Positions 12,173 through 24,869 are shown, counted from the stretch's first letter. The stretch is DNA of 64,000 bases from Octopus bimaculoides (GCF_001194135.2 NC_068990.1:92186739-92250738), one strand, 5' to 3'. Notes: generated by a model not told the origin, from the sequence alone. Numbers and translations: made by a program.

Positions 12173-12330
12173 CGTTACCTTCTTCTTTCTTTCACTCTTC
12201 ATCCGTTTCCTTCATTTTCATTTCTTTGCCTTCCCTTCATCTCTTTCCATCTCTCTTTCACTTCACTCTCATTATCCCCATTAAAACCATTTCCTCCATT
12301 ATCTGTCTGAGTTAGTCAGTCAGTCAGCCA
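11340..12330 (+). repeat. About 1 kb polypyrimidine (CT-rich) low-complexity tract
   Basis: Almost purine-free plus strand, with (CT)n runs. Confidence 0.9.
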
Positions 12331-12725
12331 ATGTGTGCCTTTGTCTAATGTTACGATATATCGTCTGCTCCTTCCATATTTTCCACCATGCCTCATTTAC
12401 CTTCAACTTCAACAAAACATCATCAAAAACAACATGACAGGAAAGCTTCATCAACTAAACCGTTTTAAATATTGTTTGATTGATAGTTGTATTAGCAACT
12501 AACCTCAAACGATCACAATTCTCATTTTCTCTTGCACTGGGATGCAGCAGACATTTTAACATGAATTTCTGTTTTAACTATTTCTTTCTTATTTTTGTTA
12601 TTATTCTAGGTTAAGTCTTATTTTATCACTTTCCTTTCTTTATTTTGTGATTTATGTGTTTGCTGTTTCTCTGTGTGAAATGCTTTTTGCTTCGCTTTTG
12701 TCTTTACATTCGGTTTACTTTACAT
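12310..12725 (+). promoter_or_regulatory. Candidate TSS and non-coding first exon of the plus-strand gene 2
   Basis: Tandem TCAGTC initiator-like motifs after the CT tract, non-repetitive sequence with CpGs, and a consensus donor ACAT|gtaagt at 12725/12726. Confidence 0.35.
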
Positions 12726-12830
12726 GTAAGTAAATTCCATTCAGTTACAACAGACCATCTCACTTTCTCACAACATTTCCTCCTTCCTCTCTCTTCAGTA
12801 TATTTTTGTGGATATACACACGTGCCTGTG

Positions 12831-12880
<50 letters not shown>

Positions 12881-13384
12881 ATTCAAAAAATAAAGAGGGG
12901 GAGAGAGAGAAAGGTGAAGAGTGAAGTAGGTGAAATAGTTATTACCCACAATCTGTGTGTGTCCGTGTGTATTTTCTGCCATGTCCGAAGAAAAATCTAT
13001 TTACATTCTCCCAACGTTCCACCAGAATAAATAGTTCTGCTCCTACAATTACCACATACAGATACAGATGCACATACATACATATATACATTAACACATG
13101 CACTAATATATGCATACATATACTCACATACATATATACACATATACACATGCACACACACATATTACATACACACACACATACATATATATATACATAT
13201 ATACATAAAGGCATATCGGATTACCAACACACTTAACTGAAAAGCTTGGAAAATTGTGGATCCTCTTGCATGATACCAATGGTAGCATTGTTAATCTCCA
13301 AATAAAGTACATATATACATATGTATATTTATATACATATGTATATTTATATGCATATGTATATTTATATGCATACATACATTT

Positions 13385-14170
13385 TTTCCTTCAGACGAAA
13401 ATCTTATCACATCAAACATCACTTGGGACGTGGGAGTAACTTTTGACAACAACTTAAACTGGAATGCCCACATAAACAACAAAGTCAACATGGCCCACAA
13501 GGCTTGCTCCTGGACGCTCAATACTTTTCGGTCTAGAGACGCCCCTACCGTTATCCTTCTCTTCTCTACCTTTGCCCATCCTCACCTTGAATACTATTGT
13601 CTGCTATGGTTTCCCTACCTGAAACAGAATATTATAAAAATTGAAGAGCCCCAGATATTGGTCACAACGAAAATAGACAGCATGGCAGGTCTTGATTATT
13701 GGGATCATCTCAAGAAACTCAATCCTTATTCCTCCAGCATTGCCATGAATGCTATATCATTTGTACGATGTGGAAAATATTCCAACAGTATTGACTAAAT
13801 GATGTTGGCATCAACTTTAAAGTTCACCCAAGGCTTGGTCCCTGTGCTAGCCATCCTCTATAAAAGTCATGTTTTTGTCAGATCACAACTCTAAGACAGA
13901 ACTGTTTCACCTCAACTGGCCCTGCACTCTTTGACATCATATCATGACACATGAGAGAAGAAAAAGATCTCCTAATATTTAAATGGTTCCTGGATTATTA
14001 TCTCCAACAAATTCCAGATAAAGCACCAACCCCCGGATATATATATCAGCAAACAATAACTCTCTACTCAGATGGGCTGTGGTGCCCATAGAATGGCTAA
14101 TATCAATCACCTTTGAATGTCTTTTCAGGTGGTGCTATTAAGTTAGACATAGCCTGGGGGCGGGGGGGGG
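13385..14170 (+). mobile_element. CR1/L2-group LINE, 3' portion of ORF2
   Basis: GVTFDNNLNWNAHINNKVNMAHKACSWTLNTFRSRD...HPHLEYYCLLWFPY...LDYWDHLKKLNPYS is the typical post-RT region; continues through a frameshift to ...LQQIPDKAPTP. Confidence 0.85.
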
Positions 14171-14184
14171 GGCAATGCTGGCCA

Positions 14185-14375
14185 AAACTTATCTAAATAT
14201 TTTTCATTCTCTCTCCATCTTTTCCCTCTCAGCCCTTTCTGTCAAAGAGCATAGGCTTGAAATGTCAAAGACTTTTCCATTCTTCCTGAACTAATACACC
14301 TGCTTGTTGTTCCTTCACTGTCTTTATCTTTTGTTTTCTGTAAATTTGAACATACATACATACATACATATACAT
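14185..14375 (+). mobile_element. Repeat family E with a hammerhead-like motif at 14235-14270
   Basis: CTTT-CTGTCAA-A-GAGC(atag)GCTT-GAA-ATGT-C-AAAG; a related copy lies at 53312-53347 on the minus strand. Confidence 0.55.
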
Positions 14376-15604
14376 CACAGCTCCTTGTGTACAGATGCTA
14401 TAAATATAAATAAAGAATTTCATAATATACTTTCCAGACTTGATTTTGGGAATCTGTGATCTTTATAACCAAGGAGACTCTTAAGAAGAAATTCAAACAA
14501 TACAGCATAACTTTTCTTCATAGGTTCCTTTGTAAATTCATAAAGGAACATATGGAGTTCTAAAATATTGGCCATGCATCAAGCTCGTTAACATGCACTT
14601 TACAAACGTACACACACACACGTGCACGCATATGTGCATGCCAAAGCATACATATGAGATAGAAGGAAGGAAAGAAAATGTTACTGAGAGGAAAACTTTC
14701 TGCTAATCATCTACAATGCAAACTTGCAGATGAGAAAATTAAAGAAGTAGAAGAGTGATGCGAAAGGGTAGATGTAGTGGGGGATAAGTCAATGTGAGAT
14801 GATGTGAGTAGTGAGGAAGATAAACGATGTGGGAGGAAGTAGATTGATGAGGAGAAGTCAAAGTTGATAGCAAGACTCAGATCATGAGGAATTAAAAGGA
14901 CCAGGTAGGTGGAGTTGAGGGTAAGTGAGAAACGTGGGCTGAGAAGAAAGGAGCTGAAGGATAAATAACCCAGTCACACATACACAAACAGAGAGAGAGA
15001 GAGGGGAAAAAGGGGGAAGAAAGAATGTGCTGACAGGAGTGGTCGAGGAGGGGGGGAATAAAAGTTTGTTGGAGAAACATAAATTTAAGGAATTAGTAGG
15101 CTCTGCGGAATGGGTATTTTAAGGAGTGACCAGAAGCATAATGATAAAAATGCAGAGAAAATGGAAACAAAAGTGTCATCGTCTGCAATGGGAGGGGAGT
15201 AGGGAGAGGTCTAATGAGAGGGGAGCAGGGAGAGAGGTCTATATAACAAATTCATGTCATTGGTTCATTTGGAGTAATTTTGTCTTTGCCCATTTTATTA
15301 AATGCAAACAGAATAGTAATTAGACACACTGCACAAACAACATATTCACATATATATATGCTTATATATGTATAAACACATGCAAATATACATATGCATG
15401 CATACAAGCATGCATGTACATCTCCATATTTGCACGTGTCCATATTTAGCTGTTTGTTCAATAAAGACTGAGATCCACATTTTGAAATAAAAGACATAAT
15501 TCTGATAAAGACAGAATATTTTACATTATCTAGTTAGAGTTTATAGTTTTTGCAAGATGGCTTCTATTCTCTGGAGTAAAGACTCTCCCTCCCTCCCTCT
15601 CTCT

Positions 15605-15641
<37 letters not shown>

Positions 15642-16359
15642 ACATACTCTGAATTCAAACCCTGTCAAAGTTGAACTTTGTCATATTTCTGGTGTTTATG
15701 AAATAAAGGCACCAGCCACACATTGACATGTGTATTTAATTGAATGTTCACGCTTGTATGTTCAGCTAAGCAGAGAAGAATGGAGCTGAGTTTCAGTGAA
15801 AAGTGGAGATCAAAGAAATATTTAAGAGTTCACGCTGATTAATATGGGAGATAACAGAGATTAAGATGTTTCATTTTTACATCTGAAACAGATCTATATG
15901 TTGATTTGAACACCACACCTCTAACTTTCAATCAGGACAGGAGTTTCAGTAGATTGAATAATGGCATCAGCAAAAAGCTGGCCATCTAAACATTTTCAGG
16001 ATGTTCAAATGATGATATCACCATAGGTTTGTCAAATTCAGATTTGTTCTGGATCATATTAAAAAGGCCAGGATTTACAGAGGGAAACAGTGAAAAAGTT
16101 AGGAGCTCAGCAATGTGAGTAGCAAAACATAACAGCAGTCAACTCTTTAGATTCAGCACAATCTCTATAGTTAAGACTATCAAAATGCTGATCTGTAAAA
16201 AATAACACTAGCACACTCTCTGGCTTCTCTCTCAACACACATACTACTATGAACAGAACTTTCCAATGTTACTCTGTTGTTTCTATTCTTTGGACTGTTT
16301 GGTCCGATACAAACTTTTAACAATAGATATATGATGAAGTGAAAATGAACAACCCATTG

Positions 16360-16700
16360 CATGGCACCTTGGTCAAGTATCTTTTACTATAGCCTTAGGT
16401 CAATCAAAGCCTTATGAGTGGATTTGATAGATAGAAACTGAAAGAAGCCTGTCATGTATATGTATATGTCTACGTGTGTGTCTTTGTGGTTGTATTTGTC
16501 CCACCAACTCCTCTTGACATCTGGTGCTGGTGTATTTACATCCACATAACTTAGCGGCTTAGCAAAAGAGACCAATAGATTAAGTTCCCGGTTTTAAAAA
16601 AAAAACATAAGAACTGGGGCCGGTACAGTTGACTAAGAATTCTTCAGGATGGTGCTCCAGTATGGCCGCAGTGTAATGACTGAAACAAGTAAAAGGTTAA
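16360..16700 (+). mobile_element. SINE family B
   Basis: ggcaccttggtcaagtatcttttactatagcc...gtggatttgatagatagaaactgaaagaagcc...cagtatggccgcag...gactgaaacaagt. Confidence 0.85.
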
Positions 16701-17729
16701 AGAAAAAAGGACTCTTTCTATTCATCGATAATTCTTCAACATTCATCTTACAGTTAAATTGGTAGACCACAACATTCTTCTTATTGTAAAGCGCCCAAAG
16801 TGAAGAGTTATGAGAATCTACAAAGAAAAAGAGTTCAAAAGGTAAAGGGCAAAGTTCATATAATTGATATATGAGGGGCAGGGTAGCTACAAAAGGCACA
16901 CCCAGTTAATTTGTTTACATGGATTCGAAATACATGAAAATTGAAAGTAAACAATAGTATCTTTCACCAACTCCACCACCACCACCAGCTGTGGTATCAT
17001 TAACCTGCTATGGACAAACATGACTGGCTGCTATAACCGAAATATTACTAATAACTCATTATTACTCAACTATCATTCTTAAACCTAATCACCTAATATA
17101 AAAATTTTTTTACACAATACTTCACTGTTATTTTTAAAATCCACCACCCCCACCTCCATGCCAGCTTGATTAAACTAAACTCAATCATTCATAGACACTC
17201 CCTCCTCCTTCCTTTCTTAGTCATTATTCATCCTGCCCTCCTCTACTTATTTCACTTCCTCTTCTTTTTTTGTGTCATTTAATATTTTTTATCTTCCTTT
17301 TTTATTTTCTTTATTTGATTTTTCTTTTTTGCTTTCTATATGTTTTTTTTAGATCCACCTTATTTTTCCTTCCTATATTTCCTTCTTTTTTTCCCTCGTT
17401 ATATATTTCACTCTTTCCTTCTTCATACTTTTCGTCAAACATTTTTTTCATTTTAAACACTGACCCTTTTTTTTCTGTCACTTAGTTGATATCCAGTTAA
17501 AAAGTCACAACAGAATCAATGATACAGTAATACCCAGCTGAAGATTTTTGCAGGGTCTAGTTAGATCCTTTCACTTCTCAACTCCAAACCTTCTGAGGCC
17601 AACAGAATCAATACCAATCCTATATTAAGGAACCAATATAATCAACTATTCTCCATCCTTATAAATATATGGCTTTGGACCATAGCTGGAATTCCAAATG
17701 GTTTGGAAACAAACTTCTTACCAGAGTCA

Positions 17730-17905
17730 CACCTGCATGTATATATGTGTGTGTGTGTGTTTACATGATGGAATTTTACAGTTTCCACCTATCAAATTCA
17801 TTCACAAAACACTGGTCAGTCCAGAGCTATAGCAGAAGGAACTTGCTCAAGGCATCAAGCAGAAGAACTGAGCCGAAAGCCAATGATTGCAAAGCTAGCT
17901 TCTTT
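17730..17905 (-). mobile_element. SINE family B, 5' half
   Basis: cagtttccacctatcaaattcattcacaaa...ctatagcagaag..acttgctcaagg is the reverse complement of the family B head. Confidence 0.7.
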
Positions 17906-18180
17906 TCTGCACCTAGGATATTTTTGTTCTTTGAAATAGGCAGATTTGGTTTAAATTAGATAATCTAAAAGAAAGAACTGCATTCTGGGGTTCATGATAG
18001 AAATACCAGTCAGGTGGAAACATGTCAATTCAATCCAAAATCTATCACCTTGCAGCAATGTGAGAATTTTTTCGAAATAAATGGATTTGCTTAAATTAGA
18101 TTCTATAAAAGAGAGAATTATATTTTCCTCCCTTAAGAATTGTAGTTGTTAGCTCAATATTTAAAGATTATTAATGTGTT

Positions 18181-20540
18181 GAGCTGGCAGAAATGTTAGC
18201 ATGCCGGGCGAAATGCTTAGTGGTATTTCATCTGTCTTTATGTTCTGAGTTCAAATTCCGCTGAGGTCGATCTTGCCTTTCATTCTCTCAGGGGCCAGTC
18301 GATTAGATTGACTCCAGTACACAACTGGTACTTAATTTATCAACCCTCGAAAGGATGAAAGGCAAAGTCGTCCTCAGCAGAATTTGAACTCAGAACGTAA
18401 AAACAGACGAAATACCACTAAGCATTTCGCCTAACATTTCTGCCAGCTAATGTTTCTATCCTAGATCAGTTTCTAACATTGACAGAAAGAGACATGTTTG
18501 TAGAGTGAGAAAATGAATGAACCAAATTCCTTTGGTTATTCTGACCAAATAAATTTGACTGGGATTTATTTTATTGGCCCTGAAGAATGGAAAGCAAAGT
18601 TAAGTATTGTGAGATTTGAACTCAAAACGTAAAATTACATATCTAAATACCGCACATCATTTTAAATAATGTCCTGCTGATTCTGGTATCCCCCACCTAT
18701 ACTCATAGAAATGTATTGATTATATTCCAATATCAGAACAGTAATCGATTTTAAAACAGCTCTCTTTATTTTGTATCATCTTAAAACAATAATTTTCATG
18801 AAAAGAAAAATTTTAATTTACTTGGTTATTTAAGCTCTGTTATTCAATAGTTTGATTTAATATTGGCAGTTTTTAATAAAGTCTTTTAAATTTAAATTAT
18901 AAAAATATGGAGCGAAAATAAGTTAACTGGTATATTTCTATAAACTGACAAAATGTTTCTAAAAATATAATAACTAATGTACTTTGTAGAATTTTAGAAG
19001 TGAATATGAAATTAATTACATAATTTCTAATTTGACACAAGGCCAGCAATTTTGAGGGGAGGGGTGGATGTCAGTCAATTAAATCAACTCCTAGTGCTTG
19101 ACTGGTACTTTATTTCATCAAGTTTGAAAAGATGAAATGCAAAGTTGACCTCAATGGAATTTGAACTCAAAGCATAAGGTTCCATAATTAAATACTGCTC
19201 TAACAATTCTGCTGATCTATCACCCTTAGTAATGGTTTCTTATTTAGTTCCAAGACCAACAGTTTTCAGGGGGAGAAGTTTAGTTGATTACATTGGTTCC
19301 AGTACAGGGCTAGTACTTTATTTTATTGATCCTGGAGGGGGGGGGGGATAAAAAGCAGAGTTGACTTCACCAAGATTTGAACTCAGAACTCAAAGAGCTG
19401 CAACAAATACTACATGCTATAACAATCCCACCAGCTCACCACCTTTTTGCCACTCTTATTCATAATTTCTAATTTAGGCACAAAATCAACAATTCTGAGA
19501 AGAGGGGTTCAACCCCTCACTACTTGACTGATACTTAATTTATCAACACCCTCCTGAAGAATGGAAGGTAGAATTAACCTTGCAGGAATTTGAACTCTGC
19601 AGGCAAAGAATTGAAGAAAATATGGCAAAAGTATTTTGTTCAACACACTAATGATCCTGCCGTTACACCAGCTTTAATATTTTCTAACATTGGCACAAAT
19701 CCAGGCATTTGTTGGAGGAGTGAGGACTTTTATAGTCTCAAAGCTGCATTGAACAAGTGCAATCTAACATGACCGCATTAATATCGTTTTCATTAAATTT
19801 TCTTGTGTATTAAATATACATTTATATTTAATATAATTATACTTTTTTATATATTCATGACACAGTAATGTATAGTTATATTAAATGTATATTTAATATA
19901 CAAAAAAAAATTTATGAAAATGGTACTACAAGTTTTAAAGTGAGAAATAAAAATATAAACCTACTTCTTTCGATAATTTTCAAACTTCACAAGAATGGTG
20001 GTGCACTGTTGCCAAATTTTCATTACACTATGAATTTAGCACAATTATATGTATTTATGCTATGCAGGAAATTTCTGTATTTGCATAAAACTGCAAATGA
20101 AAATTTCCTGTTTATGGAAATTTTTCTAGCAATTTAAGAACATTGGAATAAATACTGTGTAATGAATGATTTCTTTTTTTTTTTCCTTTTTAATACAAAA
20201 TCGACTTCTTCCTGAAGGTTGTACTATTTATGGTTCATAGGATTTCCACTCTTGTTACAGTCAATTTAATTGATCCCAGCACTTGGCTTATACTTCTTCC
20301 ATCAAACCCCGAACGATGAAAGGCAAAGTCAAACCCATCAAGATTTGAAGTAGGAATGTAAAGAAGCGTAACTAAAGAGAAATCTTTCAGCTCAGTACCC
20401 TACCATCTAAGCCATCATGCCACCTTTTAGTCTGTCTTAAAAGTGATAAGGTAGTCAGTTTAGATGGCCCAGTGTATTACTGGTACGTATTTCTTAACAC
20501 TATAAAGATGAAATGTAAAGTTGACACAACGAGGCATGTA
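18181..20540. mobile_element. Cluster of SINE family A copies: an inverted pair at 18181-18448, then about 7 degenerate, mostly minus-strand copies
   Basis: Repeated gatgaaaggcaaagt...atttgaactca motifs near 18355, 18590, 19130, 19340, 19560, 20320 and 20510. Confidence 0.8.
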
Positions 20541-20544
20541 GTTA

Positions 20545-20850
20545 AATAATGCACTTCACTGTTGCTGTTTGGATGGTGTTTTTTACGTACCACCGGCACA
20601 GAAGCCAGTCAAAGCGACTCTGGCATCAGCCACGTTTGGATGCTGCTTTTTACATGCTACCAGCACAGAGGTCACAACTACAATTTCCATTTGATTTGAT
20701 TTTGATATTGCTGTTGATATTACTTGACTCAATAAGTCTTCTCAAGCACGGCATGTTGCCCTACAATCCCAGGTACTTTTGAGTGGGCTGGTTACGTGAC
20801 ACTGGTGCAGGTTACAGCTGTGGACTCAACTTTATTTGCCGGGGCTTCTC
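20545..20850 (-). mobile_element. RTE 3' UTR fragment (family C)
   Basis: Reverse complement of 3140-3400 (gtgacactggtgcaggttacagctgtggactc). Confidence 0.8.
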
Positions 20851-22074
20851 AGTCACAGTCAATTAATAATAAAAAAGTTTCAAAATATTAACGACTGAAA
20901 TTTTTTGAAATTTTAGCTAATCAGATTCATTCATTCCTCAACATTACAGAAATTCATAATTTGTTATTTGTGTTTGCTGCCAAACCAACAAGATGAAGCT
21001 ATCATAGACATCAGGCTAGTTTGATGGTTCAGAGCTGGAGTTTAGGGTGTAGGATTGGGGTCTGCTATGCATCATAACAGTTTCATTGTAAATGTTAATG
21101 TGTCATTTTCTTTCATTAAATATTTTCATCTTCAAAGGTTTTGTTCAAAACAACAAGTTGTAATTTTCATAACAGCACATCTTGAAGGAAAAGTTAAAAA
21201 CATGACACTTTCCATAATGTCACTGAGGCATATTGGAAGTGGATGCAACTGGTTAGCTAAAATTACAAAACATTTCAATCTTTAAAGGTTTATATTCAAC
21301 AGCACAGCTGACGGGTGGTGGGCAATTGGGGCAGTCCACCTCAGGTGGCACTTTTATCGGAACAGTGCTTTTGGGACTGCTGAATACATACATGCATGCA
21401 TGCATACATACATACATACATACATACGTGAAGACAGTTGCATCAAGAAATGCCAATCTTTTGTTGTGGAGGGAATGTGTGGAAGACATGGGACAAAGTG
21501 GTAAGATAAGATATTCACATGCTGGGCCTCACTGAGGGAATGACAGGGGACTGAGACTTCTGGCAGTTTGCTGTGATTGAGAAGACATGCCAAGCTAAGC
21601 CTCTATAGGAAGTGATGTGAGGTGGGGGGATTCAAAGGCTGCTCTGAGTTTCACACAATTTATCAATGTCACCGTTTATATTATTAATTGTTCTCAAAAA
21701 AGAATTATTGTGATTTTTCATAATTGGTTTGAAAAAAAAGTATAAAAACCGGATCCTGTTTATTAAAATGAAAAGAATTTTGAATTCTCCAATTCACCAG
21801 TTCAGACCAAAATTCTTGCAAAACAAATTTTTAAAAACTGCATAAGATAACATGTTACAATAAGCACATTATAATACACAAAATTACCAATTGTATCATA
21901 GGGGAAATTTATGCCATGTTTGGATCTAGAAATAATCCTTAGATAGGTAGACATCTTAGATTCTTTTATTCAGGAATTTGTTTCTTAGAATAAAACTAAT
22001 TGACAAATATATTAATGCAACAGATTATATATAACCAATAGAAAAAGGTATGACAGGGAAAAACTGGGAAGTTA

Positions 22075-22430
22075 AGAAGCTCATTTTGCAACCAGATGGT
22101 TTGGGGTTCAGTCCCATGGCATGGCACCTTAGGCAAGTGTCTTCTGCAATAATATTGCCCATGCCAGGATGGAAAATGAACATTAAATGGTGATGATGAT
22201 GATGATGATGATGATATGTATTTATGTGTACCTTTGTACTTGTGCTTGTTCTCCTCTTCTGCTTGACAGCCAGTGTTGGTTTGTTTACTTCCCAGTAACT
22301 AAGCAGGTAGGCAAAATAGACTGATGGAATAGGTAGCAGTCTTCAAAAAAAAAATAATAAAATAATAAATAAGTACTAGAGTTGATTTATTCAAATAAAA
22401 CTCTGCAAGGCAGTGCCCCAGTATGGCCAA
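22075..22430 (+). mobile_element. SINE family B
   Basis: ggttcagtcccatggcatggcaccttaggcaagtgtcttct...gtgccccagtatggcc. Confidence 0.75.
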
Positions 22431-22934
22431 AGGATCAAAAGAAAGACAGTTTAGCTCTTACTATATCATAGTTCTCATGGCATTCAGAATCTATTCAAAC
22501 ATTCTATTAAATAGTACTGTGTTAAGACAAACTAACTTACATATCAGATGTGGCGTTTGTGTTGTTAACACAAGAGAGGACCACCTAAATGTTTCCGTTG
22601 GTTTATAATATTAAAAAAAAAAGAGGAAAAAAGGACGCTCACTTTATCATGTCATTGCTTAACTTCTACTACTTAACCAGTGACACTTTCATTTGTAAAA
22701 CCTAGATAACCAAAAGGTCAGCTTAAGCATTTCAAATTGTACTTAATTGCAATTAACATATATGTTAAATTATCTAACAGCTGTCCTGTACATTCACTAA
22801 AAAAAATTTAATATCAAGTGACATTCACAGCATACAAAATACACAGGTGGCGGGGCACTCCTTGAACCACTGCACATAAAACATATCTTTATAAGCATTT
22901 CAGTACACAAGAAGCTCATAATATATATCATCAT

Positions 22935-23404
22935 TATCATCATCATCATCATCATCATCTTTTAATGTCTGCTTTCCATGCTAGCATGGGTTGGACGATT
23001 TGACTGGGGACTAACATCCCAGAAGGCTGCACCAGGCTCCAATCTGATCTGGCAGAGTTTCTACAGTTGGATGCTCTTCCTAATGCCAACCACTCCAAGA
23101 GTGTAGTGGGTGCTTTTACGTGCCACTGGCACGAAGGCCAGTTACACGGTACTGGCAATGGCCACGCTCAAAAAGGTGTTTTTTAAAAGCCACCAGCACA
23201 GGAGCCAGTCAAGCGGCACTGGCAACGACCTCGCTCGAATGATTTTCTAACGTGCCACCAGCACAAGTGCTGGAAGGCAACGCTGGTAACGATTACGCTC
23301 AAATGGTGCTATTTATGGGCCACTAGCACGGAAGCCAGACAACTGCTCTGGCAATGAACACGCTCGGACAGTGCTGTTAGTGCTCCACTGGCACAGGTGC
23401 CAGT
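22935..23404 (-). mobile_element. RTE 3' UTR (family C) with about 5 internal ~60-bp tandem units, truncated by a gap
   Basis: Repeated acgctc(a/g)aa...gtgccac...ggcactggcaacga units. Confidence 0.85.
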
Positions 23405-23623
23405 NNNNNNNNNNNNNNNNNNNNNNNNNNNNNNNNNNNNNNNNNNNNNNNNNNNNNNNNNNNNNNNNNNNNNNNNNNNNNNNNNNNNNNNNNNNNNNNN
23501 NNNNNNNNNNNNNNNNNNNNNNNNNNNNNNNNNNNNNNNNNNNNNNNNNNNNNNNNNNNNNNNNNNNNNNNNNNNNNNNNNNNNNNNNNNNNNNNNNNNN
23601 NNNNNNNNNNNNNNNNNNNNNNN

Positions 23624-23667
<44 letters not shown>

Positions 23668-23699
23668 TATCTATCTATCTGTCTGTTTATCTATCTATC

Positions 23700-24070
23700 T
23701 ATCTCTTCAAATGCTTTTACTCCCCTCCACAATTTTGTTCGCCATCCAACTCGATCCAAAGCAAGGGTTTCTATGTCCGCTGGATCCATTCCAAGGGATT
23801 TCATAGTAGTCCTTACGCTGTCCTTAAACATTTTTGTAGGTTTACGCCGATAGCGTTTCCCCTCTGCAAGCTCACCATAAAACAGCTGTTTGGGCATGCG
23901 TTCATCTGCCATTCGAACAATATGGCCACACCATCCCATTTGGTTCCTCAAAATCATAGCTTTAATTGAGGTGATGCCTGCAGATGCAAGGACATCTGCG
24001 TTTGGAGTAAAAGAACTCCATTTAATGTTTAAAATGCAACGAAGGCATTTTTGGTGGAATTGTTCTAGCA
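23700..24070 (-). mobile_element. RTE/BovB-like LINE C-terminal fragment
   Basis: LEQFHQKCLRCILNIKW...QMGWCGHIVRMADERMPKQLFYGELAEGKR...LALDRVGWR, about 120 codons with no stop. Confidence 0.9.
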
Positions 24071-24229
24071 ATTTATTCATACACATACATATCTACATAC
24101 ATACACGCGTACACACATTTATGCATGCAACTAAACATTCATACATACACATGCATATACATACATGCATATATATATATGTTGGCAAGTAAAAATACAT
24201 GCACACATACATACACACAACTCTAAACT

Positions 24230-24477
24230 GTGCTCTTCGACAGGAGTACAGACGGTGTGTGTGTAGTGTACTCTGTCAGGGAAGGATGCCGATAGGAAGA
24301 AACTGTTATGGAAGTGTTAGAAATATGGTTGAGATAGGATTACTTTGCAAAACATTCCTTTTGAGGGAGTGATTCATGTTTATGTGGAAGTTAACTTGGC
24401 AGAAAATATATGTCTGAGTGACGCCCTGCAAGAGGACAGACAGACAAACAACAAATTCATCGAAATGGAGGAATGTG

Positions 24478-24480
<3 letters not shown>
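24230..24480 (-). mobile_element. Probable Penelope-like element 3' remnant
   Basis: Degenerate similarity to a GIY-YIG C-terminus ([39 protein letters not shown]), ending in CTGTCGAAGAGC, the 5' half of the family E hammerhead-like motif. Confidence 0.4.
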
Positions 24481-24515
<35 letters not shown>

Positions 24516-24534
24516 CATGTATATGTATGTATAA

Positions 24535-24778
24535 CAGATAAATAAATAGATAGTTAGATAGAGAGATAGATATGAGACAGATACATACATATGAGATAGA
24601 CAGATATGAGATAGATAGATAGATAGATAGAAGATAGATAGATAGAAGATAGATAGACAGACGGATGGACAGACAGACAGACAGATAGATAGACATAAAG
24701 AGATAGATAGATAGAGAGGTAGATAGATAGATAGATAGGCAGACAGATAGATAGATAGATATGAGACAGATACATGTG

Positions 24779-24825
<47 letters not shown>

Positions 24826-24833
24826 TAGACAGC

Positions 24834-24869
<36 letters not shown>

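Noticed and set aside
22541-22584. Minus-strand 44-nt exon-like segment (catttag|...|gtaagt)
   Set aside because: No in-phase partner exon found and the acceptor is weak; could be non-coding or chance.
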